A stretch of 64,000 bases of DNA from Candidatus Woesearchaeota archaeon. Its GTDB lineage: Archaea; Nanobdellota; Nanobdellia; Woesearchaeales; ARS49. Under the pieces are notes generated by a model that saw only the letters and a program-made list of their open reading frames with translations, did no database searches and was not told the DNA's origin. The first letter of the stretch is position 1, and each line of letters begins with the position of its first letter. A program made the position numbers and the translations under genes. Location of the stretch: NCBI GenBank assembly GCA_017609645.1, contig JAFCDQ010000002.1, positions 145,470-209,469 on the forward strand. The letters run 5' to 3'. Of the stretch, positions 1 to 9,033 are shown in pieces.

Positions 1-483
1 GCAACAGCAGGCGTAACTTACAACGGAGGATATTCTTGCACAGCAAATGGCGCAACATATCAAAGCTGTGTATGGATCAGATTAAGCGCTGGTGAGACTG
101 CAATAACACACGTGCCATGGATGGCAAAAACATTCACAGGTCTTACAGACCAAATAGCTCAGCGTTCAAGCGGAGCAACACCACAAATAAGAGCCTGGAC
201 ACAATTAACAAACTGGCTGAATGAAAAAATATATGACAGCACACCAAAAGCACTAAGAAATTTGGCGCTATATTCCAAGAAAAAAAGTCCAAACACAGGC
301 AAAACAGTCATATTAGTTGGAACCAACATAAAAAACATGAAAGATTCCTGGTGGCCTGGATGGAAATGGGTAGAATTGCAATATGACTTTTATTGGGAAG
401 ATGACAATAGACAAATGCGTAAATATGCATCAGACTCCCAAGGATTTTACTATCATCCTGGAACAGGCGAAATAAAACATTAA
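1..483 (+). CDS. 3' part of a hypothetical (probably secreted) protein, truncated by the window edge
   Basis: Frame 1 is open from base 1 (ATAGVTYNGGYSCTANG...) through the listed 112..483 ORF; a T-rich tract follows the stop. Confidence 0.7.
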   Translation, partial: ATAGVTYNGGYSCTANGATYQSCVWIRLSAGETAITHVPWMAKTFTGLTDQIAQRSSGATPQIRAWTQLTNWLNEKIYDSTPKALRNLALYSKKKSPNTGKTVILVGTNIKNMKDSWWPGWKWVELQYDFYWEDDNRQMRKYASDSQGFYYHPGTGEIKH

Positions 484-543
484 TTTTTTATTTTTCTTTT
501 TAGTTAAAAAGATTTAAATACAAGATATGCTTGGGAGAACAAT

Positions 544-897
544 ATGAAAAAGAGTGTGTTAATCTTAATAATAGCAATGTTATTGCTGACTTTTGGATGT
601 GGAAAAAACAACATACAAGGAGCTGCAGTAGCTGATTTTGACAGCACTTTAGATCCCGCAAAACAAAGAGAAATGATAGAAGATGCAGAAACAAAAAATG
701 CTGGAGAAATGATAGATTTACTAGAAGACAGCATGGAAATCAATCCAGAAGTAAAAACAGGAACTTTTTATGGTGAAGGGGAAGTTGAAGGAGAAGGAAA
801 AGACGCATTAAAAGCAAAAACAAGAGCATTATTTGAAAAGAATTTCTTTAACTTGAATGTAAAAGCAGATACAAAGTTCGGACCACGCTACTATTAA
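544..897 (+). CDS. putative lipoprotein
   Basis: MKK + hydrophobic stretch + lipobox-like TFGC. Confidence 0.7.
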   Translation: MKKSVLILIIAMLLLTFGCGKNNIQGAAVADFDSTLDPAKQREMIEDAETKNAGEMIDLLEDSMEINPEVKTGTFYGEGEVEGEGKDALKAKTRALFEKNFFNLNVKADTKFGPRYY

Positions 898-904
898 AGA
901 GAAA

Positions 905-1855
905 ATGGCAAAAAAGAGGCAAGAAAAAAAGAGAGTGAGCTTTTTAGAAGTAATCACAATAATAGGAAAAATCATCGGCGCAATAATATCAATACTTTTT
1001 ATCTTAATATTCGCATTCTTTCTTTTCAGTTTTTTTGGAGCAGGAGGAGTTGAAGTAGAAACAGGAAATGTAGCGTTAATACAAATCACTGGAGTTATAA
1101 CAACAACAGGAGATTATTATGTAAGCAAAGTCACAAAATCAGATGAAATCCTAAAATTAATAGAAAAAGCAGAAGAAGATAAAGGAATAAAAGCAATACT
1201 TTTTGAAATTAACAGTCCTGGGGGAGGGCCTGTAGCAAGCGATGAAATTGCCTCTGCAATTAAACGAGCTAAGAAACCAACTGTTGCTTTGATAAGAGAA
1301 GTAGGCGCAAGCGGAGCATTTTGGATAGCAACTGCAGCAAACAAAGTATATGCAAACAGAATGAGCATAACAGGAAGCATAGGTGTAAACTCAGCAGGTC
1401 TTGGCATGGAAGGATTGATAAGAGATTATAATGTAAGCTATAGAAAATTAGTATCTGGCGAGCATAAAGACGCAGGAACAATGTGGAGAGGTTTAACAGC
1501 AACAGAAGAAGGAATGTTCTTAGAAGAGTTAAAAAAAGTACATGAAGAGTTCATCCAAGCACTTGCAGAAAACAGAAACCTAACTTATGAAGACGTCAAA
1601 AAACATGCAGATGGCTTCTTTTTCCTAGGCAAAGACGCATTAGAATACGGCTTTGTAGATGAACTAGGCGACAGAAATACTGTGAAAGAATACTTAGAAG
1701 AAAAACTAAAAATAGATGTTGACTTCAAGAAATTCGCTGTGAAAAAAGGCCTGGCAGAAATGCTAGGAGGAATTGTTTCTGAACAATCATTTAATGTAGG
1801 AAAAGGAATAGGCTCACAAATTCTTTCAGATGAAAAACCTAAATTACAAGTTTAA
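905..1855 (+). CDS. sppA: signal peptide peptidase SppA (S49)
   Basis: N-terminal TM; INSPGG, GASGAFWIA, ITGSIGV and HKD motifs. Confidence 0.93.
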   Translation: MAKKRQEKKRVSFLEVITIIGKIIGAIISILFILIFAFFLFSFFGAGGVEVETGNVALIQITGVITTTGDYYVSKVTKSDEILKLIEKAEEDKGIKAILFEINSPGGGPVASDEIASAIKRAKKPTVALIREVGASGAFWIATAANKVYANRMSITGSIGVNSAGLGMEGLIRDYNVSYRKLVSGEHKDAGTMWRGLTATEEGMFLEELKKVHEEFIQALAENRNLTYEDVKKHADGFFFLGKDALEYGFVDELGDRNTVKEYLEEKLKIDVDFKKFAVKKGLAEMLGGIVSEQSFNVGKGIGSQILSDEKPKLQV

Positions 1856-2267
1856 TTTTCTGTCCTTCTTTAATATTATTATTTTTTGTGAAATCCTTGT
1901 TAACTTCTAAAACATACATTGCTTTAGCAGCATAAACCTGACAGCCAGTTTCTTTCTTACAAGGCTTAGCCTGAAGAATGCCATTAATTTCAAAATCCTT
2001 GCTTATAAAAATAATATCCAAAGGAATTAAAGTGTTTTTCATCCAAAAACTCCTGTTATCATCCTTATCCCAAATAAACAACATACCGTGATTAATTGGA
2101 AGGAAGTTTCTGTACATCAAACCTTTTTGCTTTTGCTCAGGAGTCTTAGCTAGTTCAACAAAAATTTTCTTATCATTTATCAATACAAAAGAAGAGGATG
2201 TGAAAATAATCTTAGCAGTGAAAAATAAAACAAAAATCAATATAGCAACTAAAATAATCTTTTTCAT
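1839..2267 (-). CDS. DUF192 family protein
   Basis: VELAKTPEQKQKGLMYR, GMLF, FWMKNTLIPLDIIFI, YVLEVN. Confidence 0.92.
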   Translation of the reverse strand: MKKIILVAILIFVLFFTAKIIFTSSSFVLINDKKIFVELAKTPEQKQKGLMYRNFLPINHGMLFIWDKDDNRSFWMKNTLIPLDIIFISKDFEINGILQAKPCKKETGCQVYAAKAMYVLEVNKDFTKNNNIKEGQKIKLVI

Positions 2268-2944
2268 TCTAAACCTCTTTTATCAGTCCAAATAGGTTTT
2301 TCAACAAACTTTTTTGGCTTGAAAACTTTTGCTTGAACTAATTCATCAATATTAACCATTGAGATGTCATCTGCTAGTCTAGGGCAAGAAGTATTAACCC
2401 AGCAGTCTATAAATGTGAAATTTTCTAAATCATGAATGTCTAAAGTATCTGTGACGAAAATGTATGCTTGTTTTTTTGTTTGTTGTTTTAATTCTTTAGC
2501 TAAAGTTAGGTTTTTTTGACCTGGCTTTAATGAAACTATTATACCTATGTTTTTTGCATGTAAAAATTTGAGAAGAGCACCTTTTCTTCTTTTTTTGTAT
2601 CTTTCAACTTCTTCTTTGTTTAATTTTGTTAGTTTTTTGTTAAAAGGATTCCAGATATAAACTGGTTTGTTTGTTTTGTATGCTATATATATAGGGTGAA
2701 ACATTCCAGATCCAACGAATAAGAAGGCTTCCACACTTTTTGAGAATTTAATTGCGTTTAATACATTGCATCCTAAAGTCTGGCCTACAAGTTTTGTGTT
2801 TAATTGCTTTGCTAAGTCATTAATCTTATGAAGATGTTGTGCTGTTGTTAATATAGCATATTTTTGCTTAGGAAGTTTCTTTAAAGCAGCTGCTGTAAGT
2901 TTAACATTTGTCTTGCTACGCGCAGGAATTGATAATATTTTCAT
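2264..2944 (-). CDS. dph2: diphthamide synthesis protein (Dph2 family), short form
   Basis: TTAQH, GQTLGC, GSGMFH, SLKPGQ, NTSCPRL. Confidence 0.88.
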   Translation of the reverse strand: MKILSIPARSKTNVKLTAAALKKLPKQKYAILTTAQHLHKINDLAKQLNTKLVGQTLGCNVLNAIKFSKSVEAFLFVGSGMFHPIYIAYKTNKPVYIWNPFNKKLTKLNKEEVERYKKRRKGALLKFLHAKNIGIIVSLKPGQKNLTLAKELKQQTKKQAYIFVTDTLDIHDLENFTFIDCWVNTSCPRLADDISMVNIDELVQAKVFKPKKFVEKPIWTDKRGLE

Positions 2945-2959
2945 AAGTTCAGAATAAGA

Positions 2960-3709
2960 TTAAATGCTTTTAAAATGTTTCTCCCAAAGTCTTGGAATAG
3001 TCTTCTCTGCAAGAGGTTTTAAGTTAACAATATCTTCTTCATTATACGCAATGATTTTATCTAAAGCATCTCTATTATGATTTTTTCTCCAATCACGCCA
3101 AAGAGTAACAGCATCTTCTCCGCTCATACCTTCAACTTCATCATCACGCTTTAAATTGAAAACCTTCTCAATTTTTTTCAAACCACCTGAATAACCTAAT
3201 CTTGAACAAACAAATCTTAAATCAACATGGGGCTTGTTCCATTTAAAGCCAAAATATTTTTGCATGATAGGCATATCAAAACTCAAACCATTAAAAGAAA
3301 CTGCCATTTTGTATTTTGATAATTCATCTAAAACTGTTTTCCTGTCCATGTTAATTCCTCTGACAAAAGTTTTTGTATCTGTGCCATCATATAATCCAAG
3401 AACTGTGATATCTCCATGATAACCAGTTGTCTCAATATCAAGAAAAACAACATCATATTTTAACTGATTATACAACCGATAATGTTCCCCTTTTGGAAGA
3501 TTATGATGAAAAAAATCAAACTCATCATTTCTCAAAGCATTTCTTGCCCTTATTACATGAGCATTAAGAAATTCTTTTCTAACAGAGCTGAAGCCAGTAA
3601 TAGATTTATTCTTAAGAAACAAATCCCAATCATGAATATTCTGATTCCAAATTTTTCTCTCAGTAGCATGAGATACTCTTGGAAGGAAAATAAAACTATG
3701 TGTTATCAT
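2960..3709 (-). CDS. RNase H-like (YprB / RNase_H_2) exonuclease
   Basis: FLDIETTG, SFNGLSFD, GGLKKIE, YNEED. Confidence 0.88.
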   Translation of the reverse strand: MITHSFIFLPRVSHATERKIWNQNIHDWDLFLKNKSITGFSSVRKEFLNAHVIRARNALRNDEFDFFHHNLPKGEHYRLYNQLKYDVVFLDIETTGYHGDITVLGLYDGTDTKTFVRGINMDRKTVLDELSKYKMAVSFNGLSFDMPIMQKYFGFKWNKPHVDLRFVCSRLGYSGGLKKIEKVFNLKRDDEVEGMSGEDAVTLWRDWRKNHNRDALDKIIAYNEEDIVNLKPLAEKTIPRLWEKHFKSI

Positions 3710-3817
3710 GAAAAAACCAGAAAAAGCTTGGTATAAAATGTTTTATAGACACTAATAAGTAGATTATTTTTAAAATCACTTTTATTTTTTAAACTAATAA
3801 ACTTGCCTAACAGTCAC

Positions 3818-5014
3818 TTAGCCATTCTTTTTTCTTATATCTAATCCAGCTTCTCTCCAATATTTTAATATGGTGGTTATTGCGCGAGACAAATATTTTG
3901 AAGCTTTTGTAGCACTTCCCTCACAAGGATCATAAACAGCAACAATTTCATTAACTTCATCTTCAGACAAAGACTGCGCTCCTCCTTTTCCAAGCTGTAA
4001 TTCTTTTCTCCTCCAATATTTTACTATAGTGTTTCTTGCGCGAGACAAATATTTTGAAGCTTTTGTAGCATCCTTATCACAAGTATCATAAGCAGCAACA
4101 ATTTCATTGACTTCATCTTCGGACAAAGGCTGTGATCCTTTTTTTCTAATCTGCAATTCTTCTCTCTTCCAATACTTCGCTATAGTGAAATCTGACCAAG
4201 GTAAATATTTTGCAGCTTTTTTAGCATTTCCCTCATAAGTATCATGAGCAGCAATAATTTCATTGACTTCATCTTCGGATAATGAGGCTTCTTTTATTTC
4301 TGGTATAGCAATATCAAGCTGTTTTTCCCTTCTTAAGGAATCATATAGTCCCCCATCAAATTTTGCCAATTCCGTTCGACCCATCCCAACATATACATCA
4401 CGATTAGCTAAGAAAAAAGCCAAAGGATTGCCTTCATATCTTCTGTTTCCAAATTTGATTATAAGAGACTTGTTCAATTGTACATAAACAATAGGTCTTT
4501 TGGGAATAATTAAGTCCCCATTCGCCCCATAATTATCCTTTAATTTTGCTATTCTTTCTTTTATTTGGGAAATATTTATCCGTAGTTCATTAGGAGACCA
4601 ATTCAATTTAAAATTACCCCTACACCCATCCAACAATTGTTGCATCAATGCCATATCCTGCTCTTTAATTTTATGGCCTAAAATAGAAATAGCTTCTTCA
4701 ATAGGTAAACCTTCTTCAGAATTATCTGGTTGTTCAAATAAAGTAGCTAAATTCTCATCTTCTTCTCCAAATAAATCATGAAACGTTTTTGTTGAATCAG
4801 AAGTAATTAATCTATCAAGGCTTAATGCAAATTTTTCTAGATATGGCATATTAAACTTTTCAACTAAATAATCAACATATGTATATATTGAATCAAAATC
4901 ATTTAAAAAACCTTTATCTATGGCTTTACTCGCTTGTTTTATTATCTTTTCTTGAAGTTTAGAATCTAAATTATGTGTTTCTAAAATAGACTTAATTAAT
5001 TCTTCATCTGCCAC
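3818..5014 (-). CDS. hypothetical protein with three tandem 52-aa HTH-like repeats
   Basis: 398-aa ORF (GTG start); LSEDEVNEI...AxKYL...TIxKYW occurs three times. Confidence 0.75.
   Translation of the reverse strand: MADEELIKSILETHNLDSKLQEKIIKQASKAIDKGFLNDFDSIYTYVDYLVEKFNMPYLEKFALSLDRLITSDSTKTFHDLFGEEDENLATLFEQPDNSEEGLPIEEAISILGHKIKEQDMALMQQLLDGCRGNFKLNWSPNELRINISQIKERIAKLKDNYGANGDLIIPKRPIVYVQLNKSLIIKFGNRRYEGNPLAFFLANRDVYVGMGRTELAKFDGGLYDSLRREKQLDIAIPEIKEASLSEDEVNEIIAAHDTYEGNAKKAAKYLPWSDFTIAKYWKREELQIRKKGSQPLSEDEVNEIVAAYDTCDKDATKASKYLSRARNTIVKYWRRKELQLGKGGAQSLSEDEVNEIVAVYDPCEGSATKASKYLSRAITTILKYWREAGLDIRKKNG
3830..4290 (-). repeat. intragenic tandem repeat, 156-bp period, 3 copies
   Basis: aatttcatt(a/g)acttcatcttc(a/g)ga at 3944, 4100 and 4256. 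Confidence 0.9.
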
Positions 5015-5045
5015 ATTATAATAAAAATATTTGGTTAAAGTAAAA

Positions 5046-5762
5046 TTATTTTAAAACATAATAAACTCTGCGATTATTCTTTCCTTTATTATCCATGCTT
5101 AGAATTTCAACTTTACCGACTTCGCTAGTATTCTTAACATGAGTTCCGCCATCGCATTGGCGATCTATATTTCCGATTTTTACGATTCTTAATTCTTTAA
5201 CAGCAGGTGGGAGAGCTTTAGCAAGCTTAACAAGTTCAGGATCATTCAAAGCTTCATCTCGGGGAAGGTAGCTTATAGTAACTTCTTGGCCTTCCTGCAT
5301 TAATCTATTTGCCTCGCCTACATAAGCAAGAATCTTTTCTTTATCAAACTCCTCAAGATTAAAATCAATTCTGCTTTTTTCCAAATCTAATTGATTTCCA
5401 GTAATCAAAGCTCCTGCTCTTTTGTTAAAAATAGTGCTAATCACATGAGCAGCAGTATGCATCCGCATCAGTAAATATCTACGATTCCAGTTAATTATTC
5501 CTTTAACAGAGTCTCCCTCTTTGATAGTTTGTTTCCACTCATCACCTTTAAGAAAATGAACAATATCGCCTTCAACTTTCTTAACTTTCTCAACTTCAAA
5601 CTCTTTACCATCTTTGACAATTTTCCCTGTGTCAGTTGGCTGGCCGCCTCCTTGAGGATAGAATGTTGTTTTGTCTAAAACCAAGCCATTATCAGTAATC
5701 TTGATTACCTTAGCATCAAACTCTTTCAAATAAGAATCTTCCATATACAATAATTCTGTCAT
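5046..5762 (-). CDS. alaXM: alanyl-tRNA editing protein AlaX-M
   Basis: FYPQGGGQPTDTG, MRMHTAAH, CDGGTHV (HxxxH/CxxxH zinc site). Confidence 0.93.
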   Translation of the reverse strand: MTELLYMEDSYLKEFDAKVIKITDNGLVLDKTTFYPQGGGQPTDTGKIVKDGKEFEVEKVKKVEGDIVHFLKGDEWKQTIKEGDSVKGIINWNRRYLLMRMHTAAHVISTIFNKRAGALITGNQLDLEKSRIDFNLEEFDKEKILAYVGEANRLMQEGQEVTISYLPRDEALNDPELVKLAKALPPAVKELRIVKIGNIDRQCDGGTHVKNTSEVGKVEILSMDNKGKNNRRVYYVLK

Positions 5763-5802
5763 AAAAACAAAAGAAAAAGAAAATATATAAAAGATTTACG
5801 AT

Positions 5803-6207
5803 TCAAGAAGTAACTTTTTGACAAGCGCCTTCAACACAACCGCCTAAACACTCATTCAAAACAAAACCTCTCTGAGGAGAATTTCTTACGCCATACATAC
5901 AGAAATTCTCAACAACCTGCACCTCATTCTCACAATAATCAATCCAAACCCTATTGCCTATAGTAACTTCACCCATAACAAAAACATTCCTGCCATCAGT
6001 ATCATAACATTCAAACAAAGCGCCAGGCTGGTTCCGCAAATTATAAACAGGCTCTTCAACACCAAAAACAGGCGCAGAATAAATAGACGTCGGATAAACA
6101 GAATAACTGCCTGTATACTCCCTATTATGATTAGTATAAACTCCTACAATAGTAATCACAATAACAATACCAATTATTATTGACGCAACAGTTATTGTAT
6201 CTTTCAT
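5803..6207 (-). CDS. membrane-anchored Cys-rich small protein
   Basis: N-terminal TM; CYDTDG...DYC...ENFC...CxxGCxxGAC. Confidence 0.75.
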   Translation of the reverse strand: MKDTITVASIIIGIVIVITIVGVYTNHNREYTGSYSVYPTSIYSAPVFGVEEPVYNLRNQPGALFECYDTDGRNVFVMGEVTIGNRVWIDYCENEVQVVENFCMYGVRNSPQRGFVLNECLGGCVEGACQKVTS

Positions 6208-6215
6208 TTTAAAAA

Positions 6216-6569
6216 TTAATTACAAGCTCCGTTGTAACAACCAGCTGTGCAAAATTTATATATTGAAAGCTTCACAGTCTTTCCATTATCAGTGCCACAC
6301 CAGTTTTCAACAAGCATTCCTGATCGAATATCACACATATCATCCCAAGCAAAATCACCAACACTAACAGTTCCTTTCACATAAAAATTCTCACCACCAT
6401 CACTATCATAACAAGGAGTTCCTTCAGGCACTGCGGGATAATCAGTCATCACATAACTACCCACAACATCAGTAGTTGCTTCGAAATTAGAATAAACAGC
6501 AAAACCGCTGACTACTACAATAGCCACAATCAACAAAATCGTAAATGAAGTTGTTTTCACAAATATCAC
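6216..6569 (-). CDS. membrane-anchored Cys-rich small protein, paralog of 5803..6207
   Basis: N-terminal TM; CYDSDGG...DMC...ENWC...CxxGCxxGAC; GAGGTG at the GTG start. Confidence 0.75.
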   Translation of the reverse strand: MIFVKTTSFTILLIVAIVVVSGFAVYSNFEATTDVVGSYVMTDYPAVPEGTPCYDSDGGENFYVKGTVSVGDFAWDDMCDIRSGMLVENWCGTDNGKTVKLSIYKFCTAGCYNGACN

Positions 6570-6612
6570 CTCTTAATATGAATAATTAAGGCTAAATAGT
6601 ATAAAAAGGTTT

Positions 6613-7167
6613 CTAGAACATATCAGGAATAAGCCTTTTACTTTCAGAAGAATACAATTCAAATCTATCTGGATCAATATCAGCAAGGGCGGCATCTTCT
6701 TGCGAAATCCTAAACAAAATAGCAGGAATCAACAATACCATGAATAACAAGAAAGCCCAAAGACTGCTCAAAACAATACTCAATCCAAGAAGCATAATCA
6801 TCAAAGAAGCATAACCAGGATACCTAATTTTCCTATAAATACCATCTGCACCATATTTCAAACACTTCTTAAGATTAAACTTCAACTTTTGCTGAATAAT
6901 CTTAAAATTAAAAAACACACCACCTGCAAAAATCAGCAAGCCAAGAAAAGTAAACCAAGAAGCCTTAGGCTGAAACCTAATCCACTCAGTAAAAGCTGTA
7001 AAAAGAACAAAAAAAGCAGCTAACAATAACATCCAAAAGCTCTCACTCTTCCTTAACCTAATGCTTGAAAAATTAAAGAAAAACTTCAATTTTTTGCCAA
7101 TTAAAGAAATACCAATAATCAAAAGAATAATTCCTACAGCAATCAATAACTTAACAGGATTAACCAT
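6613..7167 (-). CDS. isoprenylcysteine carboxyl methyltransferase / PEMT family membrane protein
   Basis: GIYRKIRYPGY, RISQED, multiple TMs; start reassigned to MVNPVKLL (7167) to avoid overlap with the divergent gene. Confidence 0.8.
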   Translation of the reverse strand: MVNPVKLLIAVGIILLIIGISLIGKKLKFFFNFSSIRLRKSESFWMLLLAAFFVLFTAFTEWIRFQPKASWFTFLGLLIFAGGVFFNFKIIQQKLKFNLKKCLKYGADGIYRKIRYPGYASLMIMLLGLSIVLSSLWAFLLFMVLLIPAILFRISQEDAALADIDPDRFELYSSESKRLIPDMF

Positions 7168-7234
7168 AGTATATAGTAAAATACAGTTAATTTTAAAACC
7201 TTTCTTTAATTCAATAGTAAAAAAGGTGAAATTA

Positions 7235-8716
7235 ATGTTTAAAATTGAGAATAAAACTGTAAAAAGCATAATACGGCAATACAAGCCAATATGGGCAATC
7301 GGACATGCAAGCGCATTAATGGGCTGGGATGCAGAAACATACATGCCAGACGAAGGCATAAATGAAAGAGGAGATGCAGAAGGAGAATTCGCAAAATTTG
7401 CTCAAAAATTAATTCTTAAAAAATCATTCAAAAACAAAGTAGAGCAAGCAGGAAAAGAAAAATTAAACACAACAGAAAAAGGAATAGTGCGAGAATTGAA
7501 AAGAGATATTGAAATTCTTGAAAAACTTCCGCCAAAATTCGTGCAACAAATGGCGCAGCTTACAACAAAAGCAAGAGTCAAATGGAGAAATGCAAAAGAA
7601 AAAAACAAATTCAAAATATTTCAACCAGACTTAACAAAAATAATGGAAATGAATGCCAAAAAAGCAGACTATATAGGATATGAAAAACATCCCTACAATG
7701 CTTTGCTGGATTTATATGAAGAAGGCTTAACTGTAAAAGAAATGGACGGCGTATTTAATTCTATCAGAGAACCATTAAAGAAAATTGTTAAAATAGTCAA
7801 AAATTCTAAGAAATTTACTGAGATACATCCTATAGAAAATGAAAAAGTCTCTAAAGAAGACATGGACAAACTAAATCATGCACTATTGAAAAAATTCGGA
7901 TTTGATTTAGGCCGAGGAAGACTAGATGTATCAGCACATCCCTTCACAACAAACATGGGAATGGATGATGTCAGAATAACAACATGGTATCCTGGCAAAG
8001 ACTTCAAAAGAAGTTTGACATCAACAATACATGAATTTGGACATGCACTATATGAAATGCAAATATCTCCTGACTTAAAACAAACACCTATCGAAGGAGG
8101 AGTATCAATGGGCGTTCATGAATCACAATCAAGATACTGGGAAAACATGATAGGAAGAAACAAAAAATTCATTGAAAATAATTTTGGATTATTTAAAAAG
8201 CATTTAGGTTTTTTGAAAAATTATACTGTTGATGATGTATATAGATACTTTAACTTAATCGTGCCTTCTCTTATTCGTGTAGAGGCAGATGAAGTCACAT
8301 ATAATTTTCACGTAATGCTAAGATATGAAATAGAAAAAGAACTAATGCAAGGAAAAATTGCTGTAAAAGATTTGCCAAGCATTTGGAATGAAAAAATGCA
8401 GGAATATTTGATGGTAAAGCCTAAAAACGATTCAGAAGGAGTGCTGCAAGACATACACTGGAGCATGGGCTCTGTCGGCTATTTTCCAACTTACACAATA
8501 GGCACGATATTAGCTGCGCAGATAGCAAATAAAATCGGCAGCAAAAAAATAGAAGAAGAAAAATATCCTGAAATAAAAACCTGGTTAGGCGAGAAGATAC
8601 ATCAATATGGCTGTGTTTATGAACCTAAAGTTCTGGTAAAGAAAGCATTAGGCGAGGGAATAAACGCAGAACCTTTCTTAAAACATGTAAAAGAAAAAGT
8701 AAAGAAATTATATTGA
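7235..8716 (+). CDS. carboxypeptidase Taq (M32)
   Basis: HPF, DVRITT, HEFGH, HESQSR, IRVEADE, QDIHW, GYFPTY; start reassigned to 7235 after an AGGTGA RBS. Confidence 0.95.
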   Translation: MFKIENKTVKSIIRQYKPIWAIGHASALMGWDAETYMPDEGINERGDAEGEFAKFAQKLILKKSFKNKVEQAGKEKLNTTEKGIVRELKRDIEILEKLPPKFVQQMAQLTTKARVKWRNAKEKNKFKIFQPDLTKIMEMNAKKADYIGYEKHPYNALLDLYEEGLTVKEMDGVFNSIREPLKKIVKIVKNSKKFTEIHPIENEKVSKEDMDKLNHALLKKFGFDLGRGRLDVSAHPFTTNMGMDDVRITTWYPGKDFKRSLTSTIHEFGHALYEMQISPDLKQTPIEGGVSMGVHESQSRYWENMIGRNKKFIENNFGLFKKHLGFLKNYTVDDVYRYFNLIVPSLIRVEADEVTYNFHVMLRYEIEKELMQGKIAVKDLPSIWNEKMQEYLMVKPKNDSEGVLQDIHWSMGSVGYFPTYTIGTILAAQIANKIGSKKIEEEKYPEIKTWLGEKIHQYGCVYEPKVLVKKALGEGINAEPFLKHVKEKVKKLY

Positions 8717-8765
8717 TTTCAGGAAAAACCAATAAAGTGACAATCCAAAATAGAACTTAGAAAAT

Positions 8766-8778
8766 ACGCCCCAGCCGA
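8766..8778. repeat. distal att site (copy of tRNA-Asp 3' end)
   Basis: Exact 13-bp GC-rich match to 22365-22377 in an AT-rich background. Confidence 0.82.
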
Positions 8779-9033
8779 ACGTCAGGCCACAATAAAAAGA
8801 CCCGGAAAAACTTAGGCGTTTTCATAAAAGTAATACGCCGAAGCCGAACAAAAGGCCCCTATGAAAAGGTCAATTCTGTTTCACAAATATGTAATTTATA
8901 GAGGAGCTAAGGTTCTATTTAAATGTTGCTACGGAATTTAGAAAAAAGAATAATTCTTTAATTTTTATAGTAACTTATAGTGTCAAATCTAAAAAAGTTT
9001 ATAAATCAACTCTCCTAACTTTGAAAATAGAAA

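Noticed and set aside
3745-3775. Xer dif site
   Set aside because: The ATAA...TTAT spacing is 5 rather than 6 bp and the arms match poorly
7061-7359. Long overlap between the M32 peptidase and ICMT-like ORFs
   Set aside because: Artefact of longest-ORF calling; starts at 7235 (+) and 7167 (-) leave a normal divergent promoter gap
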